In this document: in pieces, positions 13,215 through 24,688 of the stretch
Layout: each line of letters opens with the position of its first letter
How positions within the stretch are numbered: position 1 is the first letter of the stretch
NCBI GenBank assembly: GCA_964187785.1
Contig: OZ076409.1
Span: forward strand, 43,154,001-43,218,000
DNA length: 64,000 nucleotides
Direction of reading: 5' to 3'
Origin: Amphiscolops sp. MND2022
Lineage: Eukaryota
The notes under the pieces: model-generated
The model's input: only the letters and a program-made list of their open reading frames with translations
Told to the model about the DNA's origin: nothing
Database searches by the model: none
Program-made: the position numbers and the translations under genes

Positions 13215-13674
13215 ATAGCGTAGCGACTATTAGGCTTTGTTTTTTTCAGGGGTTCCATGTAACCATTCATTAAGACTTAGCTTTTCGTAGGAATAGCATA
13301 GGAATACCAAGAAAAACCAGACATTTCAATTTGTTTTCGTTTCTTTTTGACATTTGAGTTCTTCTCAATAATTCCGAATCGAAACCGCCCATTCGGCCCG
13401 GTGTGAAACGTCACCAATGCACTCAACTATCTCCAAAAACGAAGTTCGTTTTTGGAGATAGTTGAGTGCATTGGTGACGTTTCACACCGGGCCGAATGGG
13501 CGGTTTCGATTCGGAATTATTGAGAAGAACTCAAATGTCAAAAAGAAACGAAAACAAATTGAAATGTCTGGTTTTTCTTGGTATTCCTATGCTATTCCTA
13601 CGAAAAGCTAAGTCTTAATGAATGGTTACATGGAACCCCTGAAAAAAACAAAGCCTAATAGTCGCTACGCTATG
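13214..13674. repeat. Perfect palindrome, 230-bp arms, 1-nt loop (G13444)
   Basis: Centre tctccaaaaacgaa-g-ttcgtttttggaga; ends catagcgtagcg / cgctacgctatg. Confidence 0.97.
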
Positions 13675-14061
13675 CTTAGGTTGCTTGTAAGTTTTATTTG
13701 TGAAGTAGGAAATGCAATCAGATGTTGCGCTAAGCAAATTCAAAAAAATTATAGGGGGAGAAGCGGAGAATGTTGCTTTTCTCCACTTCCAGATCACGAG
13801 CTTGATGGGTTACCACTGAGATGGGTTTTTACTCAGAGGGGCATCCACTGAGGCGGGTGGCCACCGAGAAAGGGTTAACAATACCATTTTTGTAAGAAAG
13901 AATACACGGAGGAGTTATACAAAACAGGATGTCAAAAACTGGGGACAAAAATTGATGTGTTAGGACACATGCTGTTTTTTTAAAATTCAAGAAGAAATGT
14001 TTGTAGGGAAAGTTTTTTTATAAATTTTTTCAGGTTGGTAAAGATAGCATCGTTTTAATAA

Positions 14062-14072
14062 CAGGAGCGCCA
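14062..14072 (-). promoter_or_regulatory. Putative tRNA primer-binding site of BEL element
   Basis: Minus strand TGGCGCTCCTG starts 3 nt after the 5' LTR; TGG is complementary to tRNA CCA. Cognate tRNA not identified. Confidence 0.7.
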
Positions 14073-14075
14073 ATA

Positions 14076-14217
14076 TAAATAAAACGGCTCATGAAGTTTT
14101 ATTTGTCAATTAACTGTTCAGTATTAAAGTCAAAACCCATGTGAACAAAGTCAACACAAGAAATTGAAATGTTTGGAAAAAAGTAGTTTGTGAGTTCGAG
14201 TTACTGAGTCATTAACA
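14076..14217 (-). repeat. 5' LTR of BEL/Pao element
   Basis: Direct repeat of 5732-5873; begins TGTTAATG on the minus strand; adjacent to the PBS and TSD. Confidence 0.95.
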
Positions 14218-16050
14218 CAGTTCGTCTCTGAAGTTTTGGATGTTTGATACCCTCTAAACATTCAAAAATTTTGGAGAAGTTCCAGTGAAGTTGCTAAAAA
14301 GGGACTCTGTAGTTTTTGGGGGTAAATCTTGATTTCTTAACAAAAACGTTTACTCTTCGTAACATTTTTCTTCAGTCACAGTGAACAATCTTTTGGCCTA
14401 CCGTGGTTTCGAGTCCCGCACTCAACCAAAATTTCATGCTTGCAAAGGTAGAGGAAAAAGCATTCGATGTTTTAGTCAATATGTGCCTTTTTGACTTTTT
14501 ATTAGTTTTAATTCATTCATACTTTTTTGATTTTTTGATACCTTTGGATGGGAAAAACGTGCAACTGTCAACATTTGCTGATTGCGCAACATCTTGATTC
14601 TTGCAGGTCTTGATTCTTGCAATCCACAGAGCATGCATCGTCCACTAATTGTTAAAACATGCTAGCTAACAGATCACTGTGTTTTTGGACGTTTGAAATT
14701 TCTTTTACAGAGCCCGTAAGCTCTGCGGCGTACGAGGTTCTCATCGAAAATCGTTTTCCCACAGCAGTAAAAATTCCGTTTGAGCACCGTTAAAGCGCTT
14801 GTTGTTAAAAGTTTGAAGCACCGTTGTTCGTGGTAAAAAAGTTTTTTGGCGGAAGAACCACTGTTCAAAAGGAAGACACGCGATTTTTGGATACTTTTTG
14901 TTCGTCGTTCGGCTTGATTTCGATGAGATGTGCTTATGTGCTGCTCCATACCTGCAAAAAAGTAGCATCTTTTAATCAATAGCAAACTATGAACTGCTCG
15001 TGAGAGTTAGCACTCGAATAAAGAAAGAAACGATAGACGAAATCTTGCAAATCCGATATCTGGAGCACGTGAACTCCGCATTTTTGAGTGTCACGTTGAT
15101 GCCTGGGGGACAATTCTGAAAATCTTGTGATAAATACGCAAAACTAAAATTTCACCTTCTGGTGAAGCGATACATGTAGAGATTTTGGAATGCTTATTGC
15201 GTTTATAGAAGTATACTAATTCGAAGAAACAAAGTTATATGACGACGTTTACTTGACTACTATTGAAGTATTGGAGTCAAGCTGGGGAAATAACTGCTTG
15301 AAAACGAGCGTCACGCTGCCAAGTGTCCATTACCAAACGTAAATATCCTCCGGGCATTGTCCTTTCAAAATGTAGAGAATAAGGATGTTATTATCCTCAT
15401 CTGGGGCTCCCCGGGCCCTAATCATTGCGCACCCTCCTTGATATGAGGACAGTAATGAATGGAATGCCAAACCGAAAATGCAAGAAGATACATTGGGCGT
15501 TGACGGCAAACCTCGCTGCTTGAGAAGAAATGGAGTGTTGTTTGGAATGGATAGGCATCACCATCCAATAGCAGAAGGACGTGTATCCGGTAAGAAGTAT
15601 CAGGTAATCAAATTGAGAAGACTTGCCGCTTCTTCAGGGTTCTTGTTGTTTCTGGTGATAGAAATGTTCACTTTTAAACAGCAGTATTTTTTCATTTTAC
15701 GGAACTTGCAATCTTGTTTCGAATTCTCAACTTCCTTGATGGAATTCCACAAAAAACCAAAAACGTTGCAAATTCAAAAAGTGATTATTTTTCAAGAAAC
15801 TCACAAAATTGTATTACAAGTAAATGGCAACCTGCAAATCTTGTAAAGGTTTCGAACCATATCAATCAAGGTTGTTTGGGATTCAATTTATTCAAAAACC
15901 AACCTAAGTTTTTGGGAAAACGTCAAAAACATTTGATGATTGTTAGTTTCCGCCCACATAAATGGTGGAGGAGTGTCATGATCTGTGTTGCGTTTTTTTT
16001 ACAAATTCTGCCAAATCTCCAGTTTATTTACTCCTTTTACTGAAACGATA

Positions 16051-16180
16051 AACTAGTCACCGTGTCACAGTTGGTAGTGCGTCTGCCTGCCAGGCATGAG
16101 GTTATAGGTTCGAACCCTGGCTGGAGCGTTACAGTTTTTATAGCGGAAAATATCCCGGTGCTTAGCGGGCGTCTTGTTTG
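16051..16180 (+). mobile_element. tRNA-derived SINE-like element / tRNA pseudogene
   Basis: Box A-like GTGTCACAGTTGG and box B GGTTCGAACCC at tRNA spacing. No clean acceptor stem; followed by a non-tRNA tail (atatcccggtgcttagcgggcgtcttgtt). Confidence 0.6.
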
Positions 16181-17349
16181 TAAATGAGATGCAAAGGTTT
16201 TTGTGTAAATTTTTGAACCTTGGGATTTTAGATCAGATTGGGTCCTACAGCTCAAAATAACAATTAACAGGGTTGTAAGTTCCCAAAATTCGAAAAGTGC
16301 GTCTTTATAGTCTTCAATTCGTGGAAATGCCATTTGAATTGAAACTTTGTCCCTCGTTCGAAGTTGTTTCCTCAGTGTGTTAACAGTCCTAAATTTCATA
16401 CAACTCCTCCATTTGAAACTTCGAACTCAGGTTTTGATATCTGAGGTTCTTTTGGTTAACCTAAAATGCCTGAATTTTCGAAATGTTCTAACAACAAAAG
16501 TTGTTTCTTTGTTTATAAACTCCTGGGCGGTTCCGGCGTAAATAATTATACGTTTGTTTACAGTTATAGCTTTTGGTTGTCAAGACTCTCAGTCTAAAAG
16601 GTCATGTATTCAAGAAACTCGCGATAAAAGATTTCCTGATTTTCCTAAATTTCTTAAGTTGTTAAGTTAATGGGCGCGTTTTCATGAAGAAAATTTACTA
16701 CGCCGCAGCACTTTCGTCGACAACCTCTTAAATCATCGCTTGTTTGCTCTCATTTTTATTTCTTCGCTGGGCTGGAGCGTTAAATTGACTACCCTCCATA
16801 ACAAATGGGTAGTAGTTATAATTCAATTATTATCACAAAAAACTATCGCTAGAAACCCAGATGTTACTGATAATGGAACAACTAAATCAACTAAGCAAAA
16901 AATCCCAAACTTACACTAATGAGAACAGAAAAGCCCCTTTAAAAATCCTGTGATTTTCCTGAATTTTGTAAGTTTGTAAATTTTGTAATTTTGGTCTATG
17001 CAAATTGTATTATCACATGCTGGTTAGCGTCTCAAATGCAAAACATTTCACGTTTAGTTTGATAGCTACGTATCGAGAAACTTTTGAATTTTTTGTTTAA
17101 AATCTTCGCTTTTCCATTAGAGCAAAAAAGCAATACGTGTACCATTTTCATTCGTAACTTCATACATTACTCTTCGAAAAAAAATTGGTGTTTGTCAGTT
17201 TGGAACAAAACTTTTTGTCTAGAACGTCGCATTCTAACCCCTATGCTAGCGGTCTTTTGGTCCTTTCAGTAGATCAGATCTATTTTGGGTGAATCCGAGT
17301 TGATTGAAAAGAAAATGACGAAAAGGAATTAGTAGTCACCATTCCATAT

Positions 17350-19053
17350 TGTCACAGATTGCAGCCTGTGACGGAACTCAATATTCCACATCAGCAGTGG
17401 GACAGGAAATTGTTTCGGGAACGCTCCCTACCTACTTAAACATTTGGTATGTTAACAAAAACTGATTTATTTTGAGTGGATACACTTTGTTATGATAAAT
17501 GATATTGTTGAGTTTAAATGAGATTAGTCTGTTAACAGTTGTTGGAATATTCAAATTGATGAAATGTAACTGAATATGTGTAGAGCAAAATATAGTAGAC
17601 TGCAAGGCAAAACCGAAACGTGTTCAAACGTCCAAATGTACTCACACGGCAACGTGGCTTGCAGTGAGTGCATTAATCAATAACATTGCGCTGTTTGTTG
17701 TACTAATTGAAAGTATTAGTTTGATAGGCCGGTTACGGCCAATTGACAGAGTGGAGCTAGAATTTCAAATAGTACAAGGCAAATGGCCGGATTCGGCCAT
17801 ATCAACTATTACTCGACTAATCAGCATTAGTACCTTAATATCGTTGCTCCTAATATTAATAATGTTTAGAAACCCCTTCTAATGTTGTGAAGTGGCTCAT
17901 TACTGATAAATAAGCTGTCCATTAGTTGTCCATGTGAAGTGCTAAATACTTGTCCTTAGACTTTTTCCGGTCCAAGAATTATAATACAACAAGTTGCTAG
18001 TCTAATAGCCGGATCAGGAAATTTTAGTGCTGTTCATATTACATGAAATTCATGAAGCTCAATATACTCAGATGATCCACTGAGGCACGTGCGCAGGTTC
18101 TTGCCTAAGCGTGATGTTTACATTCTTCTAGAAGGTTCAAGTCGCTATTAATGCTTTGATGTGCTGTTTTGATGCTTACGGTCAATTGCCATTCCATTCA
18201 AGATTGCGTTTGAAATGTATTGTTTAGGCAGTTTCCGAATTCCTCCGACACTTTGATATGAACTTCTGAGAATTATCACGTGCAGTTTCAGGAACTTTAA
18301 TACTGAAAGCATGTAAAATCTGTTGCTTTTGAAAAGTAAAAATGTGGGTGTCGTGCCAAAGGGGTATGTAAAGCTCCAACACCCAGAAGTGAACACAATT
18401 GTAACGAAATTTCATACAGTTCAAACCTCATCTGAAACAATTTTTTCGATTAAAATTAAATTATTTAAAATCGGCTATTATGATGCATGTCACTAGAAAG
18501 CAGAAAATCAATCCGAGAACGCAAGAGAAGCTGTTATGATCTCTGTCTTGGAAAATATGGATCTGATGATAGAAAGTGGTCATTATAAGAGAGATGATAG
18601 TGAGTTTGGAAACTCAGTTAGGAGGCGCTAAAGCCCCAGTTATGATGCCTTGATCGATCACCATTCTAATTCACATTCAAGCTCAAGAAAAAATGGAATC
18701 AGGGCAGGTGCCGGAAACGGTCGAAATACAACTGAAATACATTCACGTATTGAGCTTACTACGTTATCCGTGGGAATAAAACCAAAGGATTACTCAAGAA
18801 ATGAATGGACTAATGAATAGTGTTAGTTTGCGAAATCAACGAGCCAAAAAGGTGGCTATAAATGGCAAGTTTTGCCTCACCTTCAAGCCTCACCTAAGTT
18901 CGTATAACGGTCAACAGTCTAACAGTGGATGGAACTTTCCTGGTGAGAGTCTGGAACGCAGGTCCGAAGATACTTTTAGCAAAAAAGTTAGAAATAGTTC
19001 GAGAGAAGAGCCCCTCAGAAATCTGAATCGAGAAGATGAGGACACTCCTTACA
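17350..19053 (+). mobile_element. Long solo LTR (~1.7 kb) with ORF remnant in its 3' part
   Basis: catat|TGTCAC...CCTTACA|catat: TG..CA ends with an exact 5-bp TSD. The 3' ~570 bp is homologous to 27563-28112. Confidence 0.7.
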
Positions 19054-19758
19054 CATATATAACATCGAATAAGAAGATGACCTTCGTTACAATTAAACAT
19101 TCTTAATTTTAAACCTGAAAAGGGAACTGGGTCTATGAGTATTATTTCACCGGATGCGATTCTTGCGATGTATTAGACTAAACACTGTAGAAGATTCCAC
19201 TAAAAGCTCAACGATCGATGCAGTACAGTCCACCGTAGGCCGCAGTGGAATCAACCGTTGGCTGTAGTGGACTCCAGTGCAGTCTTTAAGACAAATTCAC
19301 TGCCGCGTTTTAATGGAACTCACTGTTTTTATTCAATACCACCCAGTAAAATTATCAACTATCCCAATGAAGTGGACTCCTTGTATTTAGAGCCTAAAAA
19401 ATTTTCACGTGTTTTTTTGTTAGATACATTAATGGAAAATACATCAGCAGGAAGCATTCACAATAGAAACGACTCAAAAACTATTGATTTTATTCAAAGA
19501 TATTACCACTGATTTTTTTCTGTCAATTCTTTTTTGCCGAACTCGCACCGCCCTAGTTTGACTGTACCTTGTTTTCCTGCTTTGGTTGACTCATGGTGAG
19601 CACTTGAGTTTCACACAGCTCTGGTGTGTAGCTTAGATATTACTAGATTTCAATTTTCAATTAACTCATTGTGGTCGCAAAATTTCAAAATGAATTAGAC
19701 GCCAGATTGCGCTTTTCATGAATGAAATTCAACTTATTGTTCTCAAAGGCTCTCTCAG

Positions 19759-19840
19759 AGACTACTATGCCCATCATGACAAAACTAAAGACAAAAACGA
19801 GACGTTCAACCCAATTCCTGAAGAGAGAAACGCATCAGGT
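19759..19840 (+). CDS. Candidate internal exon, possibly TM5-end/ICL3 of the GPCR at 35617
   Basis: Bounded by tctctcAG| and |GTAAGT. One open frame reads TTMPIMTKLKTKTRRSTQFLKRETHQ and ends in phase 2, which is compatible with the phase of the exon at 35617. Confidence 0.3.
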
Positions 19841-20462
19841 GTAAGTTGTAACCATTGATAAACAACAATTGCTAAATTCCCACCATTCACCAACTGCTTC
19901 ACAAAACTTGTATTCGGCTGCATGAAACAACAAAAGAAATCGAAGTCTTTCAATAACATGGTCATTCACATGTTCGTTGGTGAGATACATTAATCAGAAC
20001 CATTATAAAATTTTCAAAAGAAGAAAGATGCAAAAACTAATCAAAGCCTCCTAGAAGTAAATTTTAACGGATGATATTTTAGGTAAATTTTACAGTATTT
20101 GAGCGTTCAAATCCAATTTTTCTTGGTTTAAAAGGATCTCACACAAGATTTGAGTAGATTACGAATCTTTCTCATCACCTAGTAGATTCCACTTCTGTTT
20201 ACAGTCGGTTCCACTCTTTTCGCAGTCCTTTCCACAAGGATTTCCCCGAACCTGAAGTGAGCTGACGCGATTCAGTTGGCAGTGAAAAGCAGTGGTTCAG
20301 TGCAGGCACTTTTGTTCATTGGCTAGATGTTAGTTGAAACCAAAAGAGGCCACAACGGAATCCACTGGAAAGCAATGAAATTTTTGTTTAAAAGCATGTG
20401 ATTGGATTTTGGAGTTTTGATAGCACACAACTGTGCTTACTCACGTTTGGCACTGTACATTA

Positions 20463-21448
20463 CAGTGCATAGACAAGCTAAATCGCTACACACACATTTC
20501 TGTGCCTGTGGGCCCTCCGATTCTTAATCATGTCTGAAAGCATGTGTTAAAGCATGTAAAATTAGCAATTTAGCACTGATTTTGCGGAAATCACGCCACG
20601 AAAAGAGGCGTTTTTCGGAATCCAAGGGCATGGGTTATTACGTTAGCCAGTTTCATTTTGCGGAATCCGGGACCAAAAATATCCCGCCAAGATGCCGACA
20701 AATGCGTGTCTTAGTTTCCACAAAATGTAATCAATTAATTAGATGGCTGTAAATTTGGGCTTCACAGTTTCTACTTACATTCAAAATAGCCGAAATTAAA
20801 CCTAATAAGCCAGAGAGTAAATATAAATCAATTAGTGTCCCAACAAACAAGTCCCAATTATTGTCTCACTTTCCGTGAAAATGTCGGCTTTTCTTTTTTA
20901 TCTTTAATTAGGTGCTACGTTTCTTTCATTACTTTACTATACCATGGTGGAATACACTTATACAATGATGAAATGTATTAGTAAAATACTACATTTCTAC
21001 CAACTGTAATGAAATTGAAAAAATGAAAGTTTATTTATATATTTAATGTGGAATTGGAGGTATTTTGTTTCCAATCGTGGGTCAAATCGTGAAGCTTCAT
21101 TTAACAAGTTTGTTTCCGAACATTATCTTTTCTAGCAAGTTTCATCTGATTTCAAGAGATGAAATGCGGAAACATAATATAAATGTTGCGGAAAGTAGGT
21201 GTACGAATTACTATTGTAGGTGTACGACACATTGAACTATTTGCACTCTACAAAATTGGCCCTATTAAGGCCTGGCATAAGTGGCAATTATTGACAGACA
21301 CAAAATTGCGGAAAGTAAGATTTCAACTTCAAAGGAAGCTAAGGCAGTCGACATCAAAGGGAAATGAATTCAGTGCACGCGTCTCGGTTTCCGAGATTTT
21401 GTGTCCTGATTTCCGCAACACGCTCAGAAAAGGCTTGCCAATGCACTA
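20463..21448 (+). mobile_element. Tc1/mariner-like non-autonomous DNA transposon
   Basis: ta|CAGTGCATAGACAAGC ... GCTTGCCAATGCACTA|ta: imperfect TIRs and TA flanks; no transposase ORF. Confidence 0.7.
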
Positions 21449-21539
21449 TAATGTAATAAAGGGCAATGTTTTTAAAATGTGCTCAAGACGTTTCTATGAA
21501 AAACTCACAAAAAGTTTCAAAACACCCAAAAGTTGCTGC

Positions 21540-22245
21540 TTTCGAATGGCTCCGCTTGTTTTTGAACCTCCGCTTCCTCCTTCTCTTTTTCAGTAAAAGG
21601 CAATATAGTTTAAAATATAGCGTCAAAAAATTGGATATGGCGCAGTATATTTGAAGCTCGACACCTTCTTTAGTGGAACGCAACTTACGTTGGGTATAGC
21701 TTCAAGAAATTGGATTATTAAAAAAAAATTTTGGTGGATATATTCAGACCAAAAATGAAAGTTTTGGACCAGTCGAATAGCGCCGAAATATAAAAAGGGG
21801 TACCTTTTTGGCTTTTTCAACATCCAATTTGTTACAAAATATTAAAAAATGACTCTCTGGAGACATGGAAAAATGTTCAAAAACAACGAAAAATGAAAAC
21901 TTCGAACAGTCTCATAGTGCCGAAAAATGTAAAAGGGCCCCCTTTGGCCTTTTAATTGTCCAGTTTGATGCAGAAAATCGAAAGAATCTAAGAGGGGACG
22001 CTTTGACGACATCAAAAAGTTTCGTGAATAAGTCCCACAATGCCGAACAAACCAGTAACACCAAACCTTCTGAGTTGTCTAGTAACAAAAAAGGTTCGAA
22101 AACTATAGTATCTAAAGGTGGCACCCTTTGGAAGCACCCGAGGTTGCTTTCTAGTAAGGTAGCAATGCCTAGAGAAATTCTGTAAAAAGTGAACCTTTCA
22201 GTGTGAGGTCTGTGGTCTGGAGAGGAAAAAGGTCACTGAAAGAAA
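21540..22245 (+). repeat. Fragment of the HINE-like family
   Basis: Shares gccgaaa..aaaagggg..ccttt and aaaaaattggatat motifs with 2444-3097 and 22960-23497. Confidence 0.45.
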
Positions 22246-22959
22246 GTTTAGCGTTAACGGAATGTTCGGCGTGTTGAAAAGCTTTTTAGGGTACTACCTG
22301 GAATTTACCCGAGCATGCAAAAAATTTTTTGTAATCTTTTTCTTCTTCCGTACTCATAACTATGCAATTTTGAACAACACAAGATTAATATCCAAATTTG
22401 AATGGAAAGAACCCCAAAATAAGATAGATGGTATCAGGAAACGTCATTGAGAAGATTTCTAGACCTCACAAAGGAAAAGTTCCTTGCAGATTACATGAAG
22501 GACGTCACTCAGCGTACAATGAAATTGTCAATCTACATCTTGCTTCTTTGCGATTCAACGCCTTCAAATTTATGATCAGTATGTGGCATGACGGTATAAG
22601 CGCAACAACCGGCGACAGTTGAAGGCCACTGTCGAATAAAAATTCTAAATAAAAAAATTGGTTGGGTTAACAGATAGAATTCAACACTCGGTTAGGGCCC
22701 TTTGGAATATCTTTCAAAATGCAAACTTTGAAGAGACAGGCGCAATGGTAAAATTGACTTTTTCATCTGTAGGTTGCTTGCTGAAATTTGAGCTGATACC
22801 CTGGCTTATTAGTGAATATTCGGCGAATCGTTTTTTTATGCGACGTCATTCTCGATACTGTAGCGACAGGTAAAGATCGATATTGTGACCTTTCACTTGC
22901 ATCATGAGGTTGTGTACAAAATGGTACATGAAATACTTTGGGTGGCTGAGATAATTGAT

Positions 22960-23497
22960 AACAAGCCGAGAACGGCCAAAGTCGGCGCCATATCTAAGGC
23001 TCAAAATTTAAAAGGGGGACCCTTCGGGCTTTGTGAAACTCCAGCTGGTTGCAAAAAATTTGAAAAAAATTGAAGCGGGGACCCTTTGGAGACATGAAAA
23101 AATTTCCCAAAAAAATTTTTTAATGAGATTTTTGAACAGTGTCACAGTGCCGAAAAATGTAAAAGGGGGGACCCTTTGCGATTTTTTGACATCCATTGTG
23201 TTGCAAAATATCGAAACAAATGAAGGGGGGACCCTCTGGTGCAATCCAAAAAACTTCAAAAAAAAGTGCTGAAAAAAAGTGGTGCTAAGGTGTGTTTTCG
23301 AGGTTGTGGACGTCTGTTTTGATTTTTCTTTTCGTTTTGGACGCGCTTCTGAGGTTGGAGTTGTTGAGGTTTGAAGTTGTTTAAGTTTGAGGTTGTTGAA
23401 CAAATGAACAAAAAAGTGGACCCTTCGTGTCTAAAACAAAAAAAACTACCCACTGTAATAGTCGGGCACATTTTCTACTAAAATGCGCCGACTAAAA
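22960..23497 (+). mobile_element. Helentron-associated (HINE/DINE-1-like) non-autonomous element
   Basis: Head AACAAGCCGAGAACGGCCAAAGTCGGCGC; subterminal inverted copy GCGCCGACT followed by an A-run at the other end; 3' stem agtcgggcac..gcgccgact; internal aaaggggggaccc repeats. Confidence 0.55.
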
Positions 23498-24078
23498 ACT
23501 AATAAAAAATTACTCGATGAAAACTAAATGCCATACAAACAAATATTTTATGATCTTATTATGACTGAAATGTTTTGATATATTGCCATTGTGAAACAAT
23601 TTGGTTGATGCAATGAAGTAGTCCATACAAGGGTTTCTTATGAATAAACTCTGATTATAGTAAACCTGAGCCTATTCATAAGAGACCTTTCGAACATTCT
23701 AATGGGAGGCCTTAGTCGAGATTGCTTGAACTTTTTACATGCTGCATGTAAATATGCATGCTAATTTTTACAAATCATGGGAAATTCAGGGAGCATACAT
23801 GGAAACATTTAATAGGATTAGAGCGCAGCCTCCACTATTTGAATAAAAATTGAAAACATTTCCACTTCCTCACCACCGTTGTCACTTTGTTTTCACGCAT
23901 AAGTTTCTGAAGTAACTACTTTATGCAATCACCGTTATTCAAATAACTCGCTGAATTTGACGCTACGTTGAAACCTATAATGTGACTGGAGTTTATTTGC
24001 ATTGAAATCGCGGTAAAATTGAAGAAGGTCTCAGCTGCTTTCAAAATTAGAACTGCAACTTAATGAAACCTGGAAAAC

Positions 24079-24688
24079 TTTGCGGCACAGAATTGCCGCC
24101 AAATTTAAGATGCATCGTATAGAAAAATTAAGTCAAATCAGTGAAGTTTTAATGCTGGACTCTAAGAGTTCTTTGAGAATTTTAAAAAATCATGGAAAAA
24201 TAGCTTGGTAACCAAATTCAAGCAGTTAGTTCCAACCAGGGGCCTTAGGCTGTTTAAACTGAAGGTGGAACTGAATATCACTCAATCTTGAACCTCCAGT
24301 ATTGTAAACGGGTACATTCAAGATTTTCGCATTCACTAAATTAGGAGATGCAACAATATTTTTTGCCTTTTTTAATTAGCATTAAATCTTGTTTTATTGC
24401 TGCACAGAAATTTTGCGGCACAGAATTGCCGCCAAATTTAAGATGCATCGTATAGGCATCTTGAAAGTTTAAGTCAAATCAGTGAAGTTTTAATGCTGGA
24501 CTCAAAGAATTCTTTGAGAATTTTAAAAAATCAGCCTTAGGCTGTTCAAACTGAAGGTGGAACTGGATATAACTCAATCTTGAACCTCCAGTATTGTAAA
24601 CGGGTACATTCAAAATTTTCGCATTCACCAAATTAAGAGATGCAACAAAATTTTTTGCCCTTTTTAATTAGCATTAAATCTTGTTTTA
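24079..24688. repeat. Local tandem duplication, ~330-bp period
   Basis: tttgcggcacagaattgccgccaaatttaagatgcatcgtatag at ~24079 and ~24412, colinear to attaaatcttgtttta; the second copy has a ~50-bp deletion and a ~10-bp insertion. Confidence 0.9.

Larger units (their letters stand above)
5732..14217 (-). mobile_element. Full-length degenerate BEL/Pao LTR retrotransposon
   Basis: Two 142-bp direct LTRs, TG...CA outer termini and a 5-bp TSD CAGTT (5727-5731 / 14218-14222). Domain order on the minus strand is gag-PR-RT-RH-IN with BEL-type motifs. Many frameshifts and stops. Confidence 0.97.

Noticed and set aside
16051..16130. Functional tRNA gene
   Set aside because: The acceptor and anticodon stems do not pair cleanly; treated as a tRNA-derived repeat.
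17664..17882. Hydrophobic 72-aa ORF as a GPCR exon
   Set aside because: It lies inside a TSD-flanked solo LTR and has no receptor motif or clear splice sites.
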